Assembly: GCF_006345805.1 (NCBI RefSeq)
Contig: NC_043004.1
Location: 17,484,001 to 17,548,000, forward strand
Length of the DNA: 64,000 nucleotides
DNA from: Octopus sinensis
Lineage: Eukaryota
Reading direction: 5' to 3'
Part shown: one piece after another, positions 51,199 through 63,755 of the stretch
How positions within the stretch are numbered: position 1 is the first letter of the stretch
How the letters are laid out: each line of letters opens with the position of its first letter
Translations under genes and position numbers: made by a program
Notes under the pieces: model-generated
Seen by the model: only the letters and a program-made list of their open reading frames with translations
Databases searched by the model: none
Told to the model about the DNA's origin: nothing

Positions 51199-51580
51199 GT
51201 CAGCCAGCCAGCCAGCCGACAGACAGTCAAGCATATTTAGACACGCACACAACCACACATCCACATATGTAATATATTAATGCTTGTTTTCACGTGAAGT
51301 CAAATATATAAACAATTTATCATTAAACTGAAAGATCATTTAATACTTTTTAGCTGGGTATGTGATTATTAATTTTCATAAGGAAAAGGTTGGCACTGAC
51401 TTCGAAGTTTCTGTTTACCAGTAGTGTAAAAAAATATGTAAAACTTTCCAGAAGTTTATCATTTAAATATATATGAGCATGTCTAGATATGCAACTATAT
51501 GCATGTGAATACATACATAAAACATACAAATCTGCACATACATAAATACATACATACGTACATACATGCATATATACATA
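51199..51580 (-). repeat. Right arm of a near-identical dispersed inverted repeat
   Basis: Reverse complement of 48906-49291; by eye one substitution plus one (GGCT) unit difference. Confidence 0.95.
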
Positions 51581-51609
51581 CACACACATACACAAACAAA
51601 CAAAAATAC

Positions 51610-51708
51610 ACTCTTGTTTATGTTGAAATTCCAATGAAAGAGCCTTAGACCTAGGTAACAAACCGGTTCTTTATTGGCAAGAAATCTTGATATAAACTGA
51701 ATAATGAC

Positions 51709-51743
<35 letters not shown>

Positions 51744-51915
51744 CATACATACATTCATACATACATACATACATACATACATACATACATACATACATAC
51801 ATACATACATACCCTGTTGTTGATGTTGAAATTCCAATGAAGGAACCTTGGATCTAGGTTAGAAACCGGTTCTTTATTGGCAAGAAATCTGGAAATAAAC
51901 TGAATAATGACATAT
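51610..51915 (-). repeat. Two tandem copies of an about 95-bp dispersed repeat between tetranucleotide microsatellites
   Basis: gttgaaattccaatgaa...ccggttctttattggcaagaaatc...ctgaataatgac occurs twice; third copy at about 62080-62185 (+). Confidence 0.85.
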
Positions 51916-52452
51916 ATACATACATACATGCAATGATGCATGCATACATACATACATACATACATACATATTAAATAAAGTGCAAAAGTGTTAAACACTA
52001 ATGGTATGGAAACCACTAGATCGAGTTCTCTGAAGTCACTAGGCTACAGGTTTCTCTGGGATTGGTCAAGTGAGGTAGGAACCTCTGATTAGATCCTCAT
52101 CGACTAAAAAGCAGTTCATCAATTTTCAGAGATGCGTAATACTGACATGTTTGTATGTCCTCTGCATACACACACACACACACACACACACATACACACA
52201 CACTTTATTAGTGTATTAAGACTACCATTGGTTTCATTTTAAGAAAACACCTTAACCATTTTAGCTTGTCACATGGAGAAATTAGTGCTCGTCTCTATTT
52301 TGGAATGCCAATTTCTCCTTGTGATCGACTTGGAAAAATATTAAGGTATTTTCTTAACATGAAAACAACGGTATCCTTAATACACAAATAAAGAATCTTT
52401 ATCCACCAATGCGCCGTTGAACACTAATTCTCATTTTTCGACACTTATGTAT

Positions 52453-52606
52453 AGTGGCTGTGTGGTAAATAGCTTGTTTACCAGCTACATGATTCCGGGT
52501 TCCGTGCCACTGCGTAGCACCTCGGGCAAGTGTCTTCTACCATAGCCTCGGGCCGACCAAAGCCTTGTAAGCGGATTTGGTAGATGGAAACCGAAAGAAG
52601 TGCGTC

Positions 52607-52659
<53 letters not shown>

Positions 52660-52895
52660 ATATATTTGTGTGTGTGCGTGTATGTGTGTGCGTGTGCGTG
52701 CGTATATGTATTAGTCCCCCCACCATCGCTTGACAACCGACGTTGGTGTGTTTACGTTCCCGTAACTTAGCGATTCGGCAAAAAGACCCATATAATAAGT
52801 ACTAGGCTTACAAAGAATAAGTCCTGGGGTTGATTTGTTCGACTGAAGGCGGTGCTCCAGCATGGCCACAGTGAAATAAGTGGAAGAAATAAAAG
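52453..52895 (+). mobile_element. SINE family A, full length
   Basis: Homology to 4967-5362. Confidence 0.9.
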
Positions 52896-53134
52896 AACAA
52901 AAGAATGTATATATACGCACACATTACACGGAACTTCTGTAGTTTCTGTCGACCAAAATCCACTCATCTGACATTAGTCAATTCTGGGCAATTATAAAAT
53001 ACAAGCTTTCAGTGTAAGTGACGTTTCAGTGTAAGTGACGTTTGCTTCTGATGGAAGCCTATTCAGAAAGCTGCTGAGGACCCACCCATAAATAGCTGGC
53101 AGCGAAACTTGATGGATGGGAAAAATAGCCTTCC

Positions 53135-53660
53135 TTTACCTAATCCTCATTAACCGACATCTCACTTGATTTACTCCTCATTAACGACTTCTCAATGAAC
53201 GACCTCTAATTGAACGACTCCTCAGTTAACCATTTCTTATTTAACAACTCCTCAAGTAATGACCCCCCCCCCCATTTAACGGCCATTTAGTGACTGCTAA
53301 AGGACCCCTCACTCAAAGATTCTTCATTTAACGACTTCTTATTTTACGGCTCCTTCATTAACAACCCCCATTTAGCAACTCCGTCTTTTATGAGTCCTTA
53401 TTTAAGAACTCTTAACGACTTCTCATTTAAAAACTCAACGACCCCTCGTTTAACGGCTCTTCATTTAACGACTCATTGTTTTACGAATCCCCATTTAACA
53501 ACTCTTCTATTAACGACCCCACTCCTCATTCAACCTTTCTTCGTTTAATGACTCTTCATTTTACGGCTCCTCATTTAACGACAATGCATTTAACAACTCA
53601 TTTGACATGTCCTTAATTAACGACTCCTTTATTAACGACTTCTCATTCAACGATTCCTTG
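53135..53660 (+). repeat. Degenerate about 15-bp minisatellite (consensus about ACTCCTCATTTAACG)
   Basis: Recurring tttaacga / ctcatt motifs at about 15-bp spacing. Confidence 0.8.
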
Positions 53661-54003
53661 CTGAACTTTATTTTACGATATACCTGGCCCTCCACTGGTG
53701 CTACGGTACAGAGCGGTGCTACGGTATAGAGACCTGTGTTACGGGCTCAAAAGGTTAATTACTTCTCATTTCATTATGAAGGAGTAGAGGAAAACCAAGA
53801 AGTAAAAGAAGACAAAGAGAAACAACAACACCAATAGTAACAGCACAAGTGGCAACAACAAACGCACTCATACACATACACAGCTTTACATACACAAATA
53901 TCAGAACTTTAGAACAATTTCCAATTAAACACAAATTAGTAATAATTTAGACACCTGAGACATATTGAATAAAGACTGACCAATAATTGCGAAATGAGGT
54001 AAA

Positions 54004-54250
54004 TATGATGATGATGACGATGACGATGACGACGACGACGACGATGGTGATGATAATGGTGATGATGATGGCGGTGGTGCTACGTGGTGGAATGGAATTG
54101 GTGATCGGTGCTGTGCTGATGATGATGAGGAGGAAGAGAAGAAGAAATAGAAAGCGGGAGAGAATGAGATAGAAGATGAGGAAGAGGAGCAGGCGGAAAA
54201 TAATAAGTATTATATATTTGTGCTGATGTCGCGGTCTACGACGATGACGA
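54004..54250. repeat. Low-complexity (GAT/GAC/GAG)n trinucleotide region
   Basis: Direct reading; source of ORFs 53947..54285 and 53987..54172. Confidence 0.85.
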
Positions 54251-55234
54251 CGACAAGCTTCCAAAGAAAAAAAAAAGCTTATCAAATAATTACTTTATCA
54301 AATTGTCTCCGAGGCGTTTCCTAAACGCATCATATGTCTTCTTTTGAGATCCATATAACAAGGAATTAGAAATATATATATACGCTGTCTTTTGTTGAAA
54401 ATCATTTTGTTTAACAAACATCGAGGCAACAGATATGTTCGGTACATCTGCTCCGTATTTCGTCTGACCACTTTAATCTAGTTACACATACCAGCTGGAC
54501 TGTTTTGCCTCTACACGTATATTCGATTGGTTATTTCTTTTATGTTTTTATTTTATCACTCGCCCACTTCAATTATCGACATCATATGGTATATAATTAA
54601 GGAAAATCCTTGGAAAGAAGATAAAATTCAATTGGTATTCTTACAAAATCGATACGAAAACCAGCATAGAATCTTTGTTTCATTGCTTGATTCATTAAAT
54701 TCCATTCGTATGCTTAGCTTTACAAGCCAAGACAATTTCATATCTCGAAACTGAGTTTTGATAAAAAGGAAAATTGCTATTTTAATCTATTGTAATAATA
54801 TATACGAACACCGTAAACAAATGAAACGTTTATTTTGTGAGTCAGGACAGTATATTTGCATGACACATTTTCTTTGAGAAAGACTTCATCGTTTTATTCT
54901 CATTAATTACTTTCCCTTACTAATGTTAGCAAGGCTTTTCACATGTTTCTCTATATCTTTTCTTGTTCAACCTCGGATCATCCTCGTTTGGGTTCACACG
55001 TGACCAAAACCGTTCTATTAATCATCCCCAAGTCTTGTTTTTATTTCGGCATCAGGCTTGTGCTTGGAATTGAAATGAATGTATCTCTTAATACATAAAT
55101 TAAATGATTTTTCGCTTATTAATTATATAAAACTCTACGTAAATATAAAAAGTAATAGGTGTTTAATCGCTTTATGATTATAATTGTTTCGAGTATAGAC
55201 ATGTGCATTAAATAGAACGACTATATGATAAACT

Positions 55235-55565
55235 TGTGCAGCTGTGGCGCTCCGTTGATCCGATCAACGGAACAGCCAGCTCGTGAAATTGACGTGCAAG
55301 GGGTTGAGCACTCCACAGACACATATACACCTTACGTAGTTCTCGGGGAGATTCAGCGTGACACAGAGAATGACAAGGATAACCCTTTGAAATACAGGTA
55401 CAACAGAAAGAGTACAGTAGGGTTCGCTACCACCACTGCCGGAATCTCGTGGAGTGTTTAGTATTTTCGCTCAATAAACATTCACTACGCCTGGCCTGGG
55501 AATCGAAACTGCGATCCTATGACCACGAGTCCGCTGCCCTAACCACAAGGCCATTGCGCTTCGCA
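55235..55565 (-). mobile_element. tRNA-derived SINE family C
   Basis: Homologous to 31670-31998. Confidence 0.88.
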
Positions 55566-55689
55566 CAATTTATAATATACAATAGTTTGTGCTTAGTTTA
55601 TATTACATAATACTTTTTTATATATTTGTCATGTACTTGTTTTACGGAAAAAAATATGCTTTATAATATATCATATATAAAAGACACAT

Positions 55690-55850
55690 TGCTCAGTGAT
55701 TAGGATCGTCGGGCTTACAATCGCAAGGTTGTGAGTTCGAATTCCTCACCGGGTTGTGCGTTATATTCTTGGGCAAGATGCTTTATCTCACGTTGCTTCA
55801 GTTCATTCAGCTGTAGAAATGAATTGTGACGTCATTGGTGCCAAGCAGTA
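55690..55850 (+). mobile_element. tRNA-derived SINE (family D head) followed by (CATA)n
   Basis: gctcagtgattagg, gagttcgaattcc, ttcttgggcaagatgc. Confidence 0.7.
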
Positions 55851-55870
55851 TACATACATACATACATACA

Positions 55871-55902
<32 letters not shown>

Positions 55903-57129
55903 CATACATACATACAATATGATATACATGATATATATGTTTATATTATATGATATAGTGATATTCTTTTATCATAATACGATTATTATTTCGGGATTTA
56001 TCAATGATCAGTTTAATAGTTTAATTTGCTGTAGAATTATGTAGAGTATTTAGTAAATAAAAGTTGATGTTCTGTGTTATCCAATATAGCATGAGAGATC
56101 ATCTTTTAAAGACAGTTGAGTGCGGGAAAGAAAACCTCGCAGCATTTGTTGCAATTCTTTCTGCTCCAAGTTGAAATTAGGCCAAGTTCAACTTTGCTTG
56201 ACATCCTTTCGGGGTGGATAAAAACTATCAATTCAGAGCGGAACATTGGTAGAAATGATAACGAGTCAGACATGAAGCCTTGCAGTGTGTATTACGGCTC
56301 TTTGCATTTTAACAGCGATATCTGTGATAATACTGATGCCATATAGTTGCCCTTCTCTTGGGTTATGTCGCTGGTGTGGAAAGAGAACGCTTGTATGCAA
56401 GACAACTGCCAATTTTATGCAAAATAACTTTGTCCCGGTCTGCGCATACAAATGCAAATCCATGCCCATTTTTAACAGGAGGAGGTTCCCGAATCATGTA
56501 TACATTGTCTTTATATTATTCGGTGTCAAGGAACTATAATGATACACCTGGGAAATGTAGATTTATTTAATGATACTTACGCACATTTAAAGAAATGTTT
56601 GTAGAACTTGAGTAGTAACTAGAGGAGATTGTGGCAAACACAAGGATACTCGACGTAATAATTATTTAGTTACGTACGTGGTTTGAATTATTGCTTCAGG
56701 CTGTGCGAAAAATACTATCAGCAATGTCATAAGATATATAAATAAGTAGATACCAAATTATAGATGTAATAAAATACATGTGTATACATAAATACACACG
56801 GAAACACACATATACCTATATATACATTTATAACTACACACGCGCACAGAAATATATATGCGCGTAGGTACGTACATACACACCAATGCGTTTGGACATG
56901 CGCACAATTGCTCATGGACTCAGCTTTGCCTGTACATGCGCACAGATTCATACATACACGTATCGACGCATTGACACGTAGATATAAACACACGCGTAGA
57001 GACACACGCATATACAAGTGCACATATGTGAAATTAAAGTGCTTATGGTTACACACATGCACGTAGCACATACTCATACGTGCATGAGGTACCTGCTGGT
57101 TGGGACTTGCACCTAACGTAATATATTAA

Positions 57130-57455
57130 CACAGGTTGTCGTTTTTATTTCTTTTTATTTATGCGCCCTTTTCAAGCCTAGCCAGTCTCATGTGCTCGGT
57201 TTCTATGGCGTATGTGTTCCCCCCAGCTGGACGGTACGCCAGTCCATCGCAGTGTTACTCAAAAAAACAGGAAGAAAGAGTGAGGGAAAGTTGGCCGAAA
57301 GAGTACAACAGGAGTCGTCACCACCCTTGCCGGAGCCTCGTGGAGCTTTAGGTGTTTTCGCTCAATAAACACACACAACGCCCGGTCTGAGAATCGAAAC
57401 CGCAAACCCCCGACCGCGAGTTCGCTGTCCTAACTACTGGGCCATTGCGCCTCCG
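57130..57455 (-). mobile_element. SINE family C head with V-domain-like 3' half
   Basis: Head ggaggcgcaatggcccagtagttagg; 3' half ctgcgatggactggcgtaccgtccag; A-rich tail. Confidence 0.85.
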
Positions 57456-57574
57456 GTTGTCGATTTACTAACACAATTAAAAAGAAAACGATAAAACATC
57501 GTTAAACAAATGTACACAGTAAGTAAAAAAGTTGATTAAATAAACACCAGCTCTTCGTCGATTACGACGACAAG

Positions 57575-57850
57575 TGTTTCAGTCGATCCGATCAATGGAA
57601 CAGCCTGATCGTGAAATTAATGTGCGAGTTGCTGAGAACTCCACAGACACGTGTACTCTTAACGTAGCCCTCAGGGTGATTCGGTGTGACCCAGAATGTG
57701 ATTAGAATGACCCCTTGATTTGTAGGTATAAGTTTTGCTAGTTGAGTGAACGGGAGCAACGCGAAATAAACTGTCTTGCTCGAGGACACGAGATTTGTCG
57801 CTTGAAATGGAACCCACAATCATACTATGGCGAGCCAAATACCTTAACCA
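57575..57850. mobile_element. SINE fragments (C/D-type tail and D-type head)
   Basis: gatccgatcaatggaacagcctgatcgtgaaattaatgtgcgag...; ctgtcttgctcgaggacac. Confidence 0.6.
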
Positions 57851-57864
57851 TGTATATGGAATAA

Positions 57865-58076
57865 TCCTTTCTACTGGAGGCACAAAGCCTCAGATTAGTG
57901 GGGAGGGGACTAGTCTATTACATCGACCCCCAGTGTTTCACTGACACTTAATTCATAGGCCCTGAAAGGATGAAAGGTAAAGTCGACCCGGCGGAATTTG
58001 AACTCAGAACGTAGCGACGGGCGAAATACCGCTAAGCCTTTCGTCTAGTGCGCTAACGATTCTGCCAGATTGCTGC
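57865..58076 (-). mobile_element. SINE family B
   Basis: aaagtcgacccggcggaatttgaactcagaacg. Confidence 0.85.
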
Positions 58077-58415
58077 AATCCATATATAGGTAATAAATTT
58101 AAAAAGGTTAGTCTGAAGAAATGAAGGGATTGTTCCTTAGTTTATTTATAAAGATGTACAAAATGACCTCACGGTTTCCATGGAAATGAAATGATCTGCA
58201 ATGAAATAAGATATAATAAAATATAATAAACTAGAATCTTTACATTATTACATTGGAGCATTTTTCATCTACCGCCTGGAAATGTTTATGCCAAAGTTGT
58301 CTGTAAAAGACTTCCTGTACTCGTATATCAATCAACCAAGGAAGAATTTCTTCAAGTTTTATCGCTAGTCTTGTTATTTTTGTTACCAGTATACTATACT
58401 GTAAATACTTTATTC

Positions 58416-58775
58416 AGGCGTGGCTTCGTGGTAAGAAGTTTGTTTTCCAACCACATAGTTCCGGGTTCAGTCCCACTATGTGGCACATTGGGCAGGTGTC
58501 TTCAACTATACCCTCGGGTCGACCACAGTCTTGTGAATGGATTTGGTAGATGGAAATTGAAAGAATATCATCGTATATGTGTATGTGTCTTTGTGTGTAC
58601 CATTGTGTCAGAGGATGTTTCCTATACCCATTTGATATCCAGTGCTGTTGTGTTTACGCCTCCGTAACTTAGTGGTTCGGCAAAAGAGACCGATATGATT
58701 AGTATCTGGCTTAGAAAAAAGTACTGGGGTCGATTCATTCAACGAAGAGTTCTTCAAGGCGATGCCCCAATGTGA
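58416..58775 (+). mobile_element. SINE family A (diverged)
   Basis: aggcgtggcttcgtggtaag...ccgggttcagtcccac...aaggcgatgcccc. Confidence 0.8.
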
Positions 58776-58865
58776 CATCAATTGATCTAAGGTTACCTTA
58801 ACTAACATGAGACTCCCTCCTTGTCCAGAAAAGTACGAATGAAATAATTACGACATACATTACAT

Positions 58866-59140
58866 CAGTGGTTCCCAAAAGTTTTCGGGCTGCTACCCCC
58901 TTGACACCCAGGCCACATTCGTAGCACCCCACCCCAACTAACTGTCACAAACATAGACCTCTTTCCGAAGCAAGTACAAAGCAACGGTATTTCACAAAAC
59001 TTTACCCAATGGACCCATTATTTTGTTGTTTTTACATGAATTACTACCCCATTATCACCTTACTTTTCTTCAGCGCTCCCTCGGGAACCTTCCACTGACT
59101 CGAGGGGCGGGGGCAATACCACCCAATTTGGGAACCACTG
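58866..59140. mobile_element. hAT-like MITE (275 bp)
   Basis: Perfect 14-bp TIR CAGTGGTTCCCAAA / TTTGGGAACCACTG; 8-bp flanks cattacat / tattggat match at 5 of 8 positions. Confidence 0.75.
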
Positions 59141-60019
59141 TATTGGATTGAAGATGGCCGGAAACACCGGTGTTCTGCTGTTAATAGAGGATCCAAATAG
59201 TATTGTAACTATTGAATCACAATTGTGTGTGCGGGCGTGGATGCAAGTGTGTTTTATAGTTGTTTATGGAACAGGTATAAGCAAAATACAAGAGCGTATG
59301 AAATGTAATAAGCATTTTGATAATGAAAAAGAGAGGAAGAGAGGCGAGAGCAAACGGGTTGTAAAAATGGAAAAAAATCAATTGGCGACAATAGTCTTAT
59401 CTCATCAAATATTAGCAAAATGAAAAAGGAGAGGAGGAGAAACTGTGGTATGTAAGAGGAGAGAGAAAGAGAAGAAAATAAAAACCAGAAAGTAAGAAAG
59501 AAGGAACAGAAACAGAGATAGTGAAAATATAATGAAAGGAAGTCAGTGTTGAAAAGGACGACAGAAAGAAGCGTGGGCGTCCGAGAAGAAAGTATAATGG
59601 ATGAGAGTCACGGAGATCACGTTGGGGACGAGCAGTATTGCAGTTATGGGCTGACCTCTGTTAAAAGTATTTGGTTAATTTCTTGAGAGTGAAATCCGAC
59701 GGCAAATATATTCTACAAAAGGCAAAATTTCTCTATAGCACTCATCCATCAGTAACTATTACATTTGTGAAGTTAGAAACATTTTCCATTCTTTTTAAAA
59801 ATTCTCAATAAAACTAAGGATAGTGATGGGTTTTCGGAACCTTTTGAGCGTCACACAAAAACATACGTGTGGTAATTTAGTTACAAGTTTTGGGGTTCTG
59901 AGTTCAAATACCGCTCGGTAAAATAAGTTCCAGTCAAGTTTTAATTTTGTGTGGTCGATTTAATATATTCTTATAAAGTATAAGAGATGTGATTGGAATT
60001 ATAGAAACATAATGGTTTA

Positions 60020-60180
60020 AAATTTTGGCACGAAACCAATAATTGGGGAGGAAGTGTTTAAGTGGTACTTATTTTATCGATCCCGAAAGGATGAAAGACA
60101 AATTCAACTTCGGCAGTGTTTAATCTCAGAACGCTAGCTGGAAGAAAAATAGTTAAGCATTTTCTCCGACTTACTAACGT
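60020..60180 (-). mobile_element. SINE family B (degenerate)
   Basis: gatcccgaaaggatgaaagacaaattcaacttcggc...ctcagaacg. Confidence 0.65.
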
Positions 60181-60964
60181 TTTTCGTACTGCAAGAAGTG
60201 AACTGAAGGCAATTGCTCAGATTCATGCAAATTATCAGCTGCATCGGAATACAAATATGAGATTCAATGGAAAAAGTGAATTTTGATTATCAAAACGATA
60301 ATGGTGATACTCCAGTAGACATTAATCGGGATTAGTACAGCAGTTAAAGCGATTGTAACAAATGGTAATTAAAAGATTGTTCTTGTATGTGTGAGCTTTG
60401 TACACTGTAAGTTTGAGGCTTAACACTGCACCTCACCGGTGGGCCAATAGAGCCACTAGTAGCTGCAATGCTCCCCAGTCTCAAAGGAATCTTCGTAACC
60501 CATGTCCATTGCATTAATTACTGACGTTTCTTTTCGGGTGATTTTCACACTTTGTTTTATTTCTTCCCGTTTTCCTTTTTCTGTTCTCCTCCTTTTTTCT
60601 GTTAACCTACCCTCCTCCTTCTCTCCCTGACTTTTTCCTTCCGCATTTCATTTTGCTTCGATTATCAAAGATGAACAAAGATGACTCTACGCAGTCGTGC
60701 AGCTTGCAAGAAGTGGGAGTTAAATCACTCTCCACTGTCGTAAAAAAAGCAAAGACACTATTTCCAAACTCTTTGTTTTATATTTCAAATATCATGCGTC
60801 AGCAGGATTTGAGTTCTTTTCCTTTGTAAATACAGTTCTAGAGTTTTCTTTTTGTTAAGTAATTGCTCTAAGCGTAAACACATTGAAAAACATTATTTAT
60901 TTCTATTCATAATATTTTCCAGAGAAACATGTAATGGTTCAGATACGCATGCGCTATAATCACA

Positions 60965-61170
60965 ACATAAAATTCCGATGAATGCAAATTATATTTCTCT
61001 CACTTTCTCGAAGCAAAATGCTTCGTAATTCAAAACGATTTTTCTTTCAAATCTCTGCACTTAGAAGTATTAGTCGTGGTGTGGGGAAGCATGTCCCTTA
61101 AGGCTGCAAATCACCTCTACCGTCTTATATGTCACACGTTAAGCACATTTTCCACACTCTCGCAGTAGAA
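60965..61170 (+). mobile_element. Possible decayed Tc1/mariner transposase fragment
   Basis: In-frame NSDECKL...IQND...VVVWGSMS from 60971, resembling the FSDE...VMVWG segment of Tc1/maT catalytic domains. Confidence 0.4.
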
Positions 61171-61309
61171 GCGATCATAGAACTCGAGTACTTAAATGGA
61201 AGACCACCCGCTTCCATTTCAACTGAAGAACATTGAGACTATTCAGAAGAAAAGAGCACGAGACATCATTCCTATCTCACCAATAATAATGTAAGAGAGT
61301 AATAGATAT

Positions 61310-61744
61310 TCTTTTCTACTCTAGGTACAAGGCCCGAAATTTGTTTTTTGGGGGGCCGAGGTGGCTAGTCGATTAGATCGACCCAAGTACGCAACTGGTA
61401 CTTAATTTATTGACCCCTAAAGGATGAAAGGTAAAGTCGGCAACAGCGGAATTTGAACCCAGAACGTAAAGACAGACGAAATAACGCTAAGCACTTCGCC
61501 CGGCGTGCTAACGTTTCTTATTTCTTTATTGCCCATAAGAGGCTAAATATAAAGGGGACATACAAGGACATACAAACGGATTAAGTCGATTACAACAAGC
61601 CCAGTGCGTAACTGGTACATAATTTATCGACCCTGAAAGGATAAAAGGTAAAGTCGACCTCCGCGGAATTTGAACTCTGAACAGACGAAATAACGCTAAG
61701 CATTTCGCCCGGCGTGCTAGCGTTTCTGCCAGCTCGCCGCCTTA
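61310..61744 (-). mobile_element. SINE family B with tandem partial duplication
   Basis: aaaggtaaagtcg...cggaatttgaac...cagacgaaataacgctaagca occurs twice. Confidence 0.85.
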
Positions 61745-62344
61745 GAGAGTAATAGATATTAATGGAATGAAAGTTTTGTAAAATCTTTGAAAGTATTGTC
61801 TATAAAAGTGGTTAATTTCTGCTTATTGAAAATATTGGGTTTCCCTAGCGGTTGCAGATTTTACAACGGAGATAGCCATTGCTATACAGTATAAGACGGC
61901 ATTAGAAATAGGAATTTGAAATGAATGCATTATGAGAAAATGGTGAAAGAATTCACATAGTTAATTTTCTTTTGTTAACTTATTACAAATTTCTTAAAAT
62001 TTCTGGTCGGTGGTGATACGCATGCGTGTATGTATGTATGTATGTATGTATGTATGTATGTATGTATGTATGTATGTATGTCATTATTCAGTTTTATTTC
62101 AAAATTTCTTGCCAATAGAGAAAGAACCTGTTTCTAACCTAGATCCAAGGCTCCTTCATTGGAATTTCTAACACATCAGCAGGGTGTGTATGTATGTACG
62201 TTTTTATGTATACATGCATGCATGCATGTATGCATGTATGAATATGTGCAGATTTATTATGTACGTATTCTCATGCATATAGTTGCATTCTAGACATGCT
62301 TTATATAGACTTAAATAATAAACTTCTGGAAAGTTTTACAGATT

Positions 62345-63560
62345 TTTACGGCTCCAGTGATGGCTTGGATCTGTAGTCTTTGAATGAGTTTTCTCCTTTT
62401 TGATTCTGAGAGGCCTAATTTCTCAAGATTGGTATTTACTGTTGTGTGGATACCCCCAGACGATGACGAAGGCTATCCCAATACGTAGATATAGATGGAG
62501 AAGTTTAGACGTCGGGAGTTGAGTAGAGGTTATCGGAACCTGCAATATAGCAGATACATATCCCAGTGCCCCAATAATTACAAGTATAAACCTTAACTTG
62601 TAATCTGGATAGAGTAGCTGTGGATTCTTCAATAGTTCAGCATAGGTATTTTCTTTTTTGCTGATCTTTGGTTTTGTGTTAACATCTGCTGGGTAGCTGA
62701 CTTCCCCAACTGTACACAGTTTCCCTTCTTTATCCAAAATTACTATGTCAGGTCTATTGGGTTTACATTTTTATTGAGGTTTTCACTGGCACATTTCACC
62801 AGTAATCCTTTTTATTATCAGTGGCTATGGCTTCTACCAAACTGTAAGTTCTTAGGACTCAAGGTTATCTTTCCGACCGATCTCATTGTACTGTGTCCTA
62901 GCTACAACATCATGTCTCATCGATAAATAAACCGTGATGATATTTTCGGACAACTACTTATGCTGTGGGTGATATTGTCGGTGCTATCTCCACAAAGTTT
63001 GCATCGCTTATCACATTTAGCTGTTTTTCTTGCTTTTCTGTCCCTTTTGTTCATCAACTATTTGGTTGACAATACTTGTCCCTGGATTACAAGCGCATAC
63101 CCTTCAAAGTGGGAGTGAGTTAGTAATCCGGTTGTTAGTTCATGATAGACTGCTTTGAGGAACAATGTTACTATCATCCTGGGGCTTTCTACTAACATAT
63201 CTATGCATTGTCTTCTGTTCATTTATGCTCATCTTTCATCTGATGATACTTTGCGGTAGAGTCGTGCGACATTTTGGGGAATGTATTTAAGGTTATCAGA
63301 CAAGGGATGCTGCTCAATGAGCTGCTTTCCAACTCTCATGATGTTATCAGCTTCATGTACGCAAACTTGGTCAAGGGATGCACTTCGACATCTGGTGGTT
63401 AAAGATGTCGTCTAAGGGATATGATACGACCATTCAGAGACATTTTGGATCGATGTTAAGCCTCTGACGCCTTGTTTTCGTTTTAGGTAGAGGTGTTTTC
63501 TTTTATTTTTACTTCCTCTTCACAACGTTTTCCTCTCGAACTGTTGTTTCTACGCATTAT
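62345..63560 (-). mobile_element. R4/Dong-type (restriction-like endonuclease) LINE, decayed 3' part of the ORF
   Basis: Manual translation: HLYLKRKQGVRGL; CCHC finger CKLCGDSTDNITHSISSCP..RHDVVA; PD-(D/E)xK region upstream of and within ORF 62423..62737 (DKEGKLCTVGEVSYPADVN...KE..Y...VIIGALG). Confidence 0.85.
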
Positions 63561-63755
63561 GATCGAATCCCCAATAACTTAACACGGGATCTCCTAACAA
63601 CAACGTAAACTTCATATAAATCAAAGTATCCTTGGCCTGAAGAGTAGCTTGCGGTCCACCCCTCGTTTGGATAATTTACTACTTGTGAGGTTCCGCTAGC
63701 TATGAAACATATGTAGCCTGGATAGATTTTAACTATTCCTTTCCCTAATTTTTGA

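Noticed and set aside
53947-54285. Poly-Met/Thr/Ile and Arg-rich ORFs
   Set aside because: Translation of (GAT/GAC/GAG)n low-complexity DNA.
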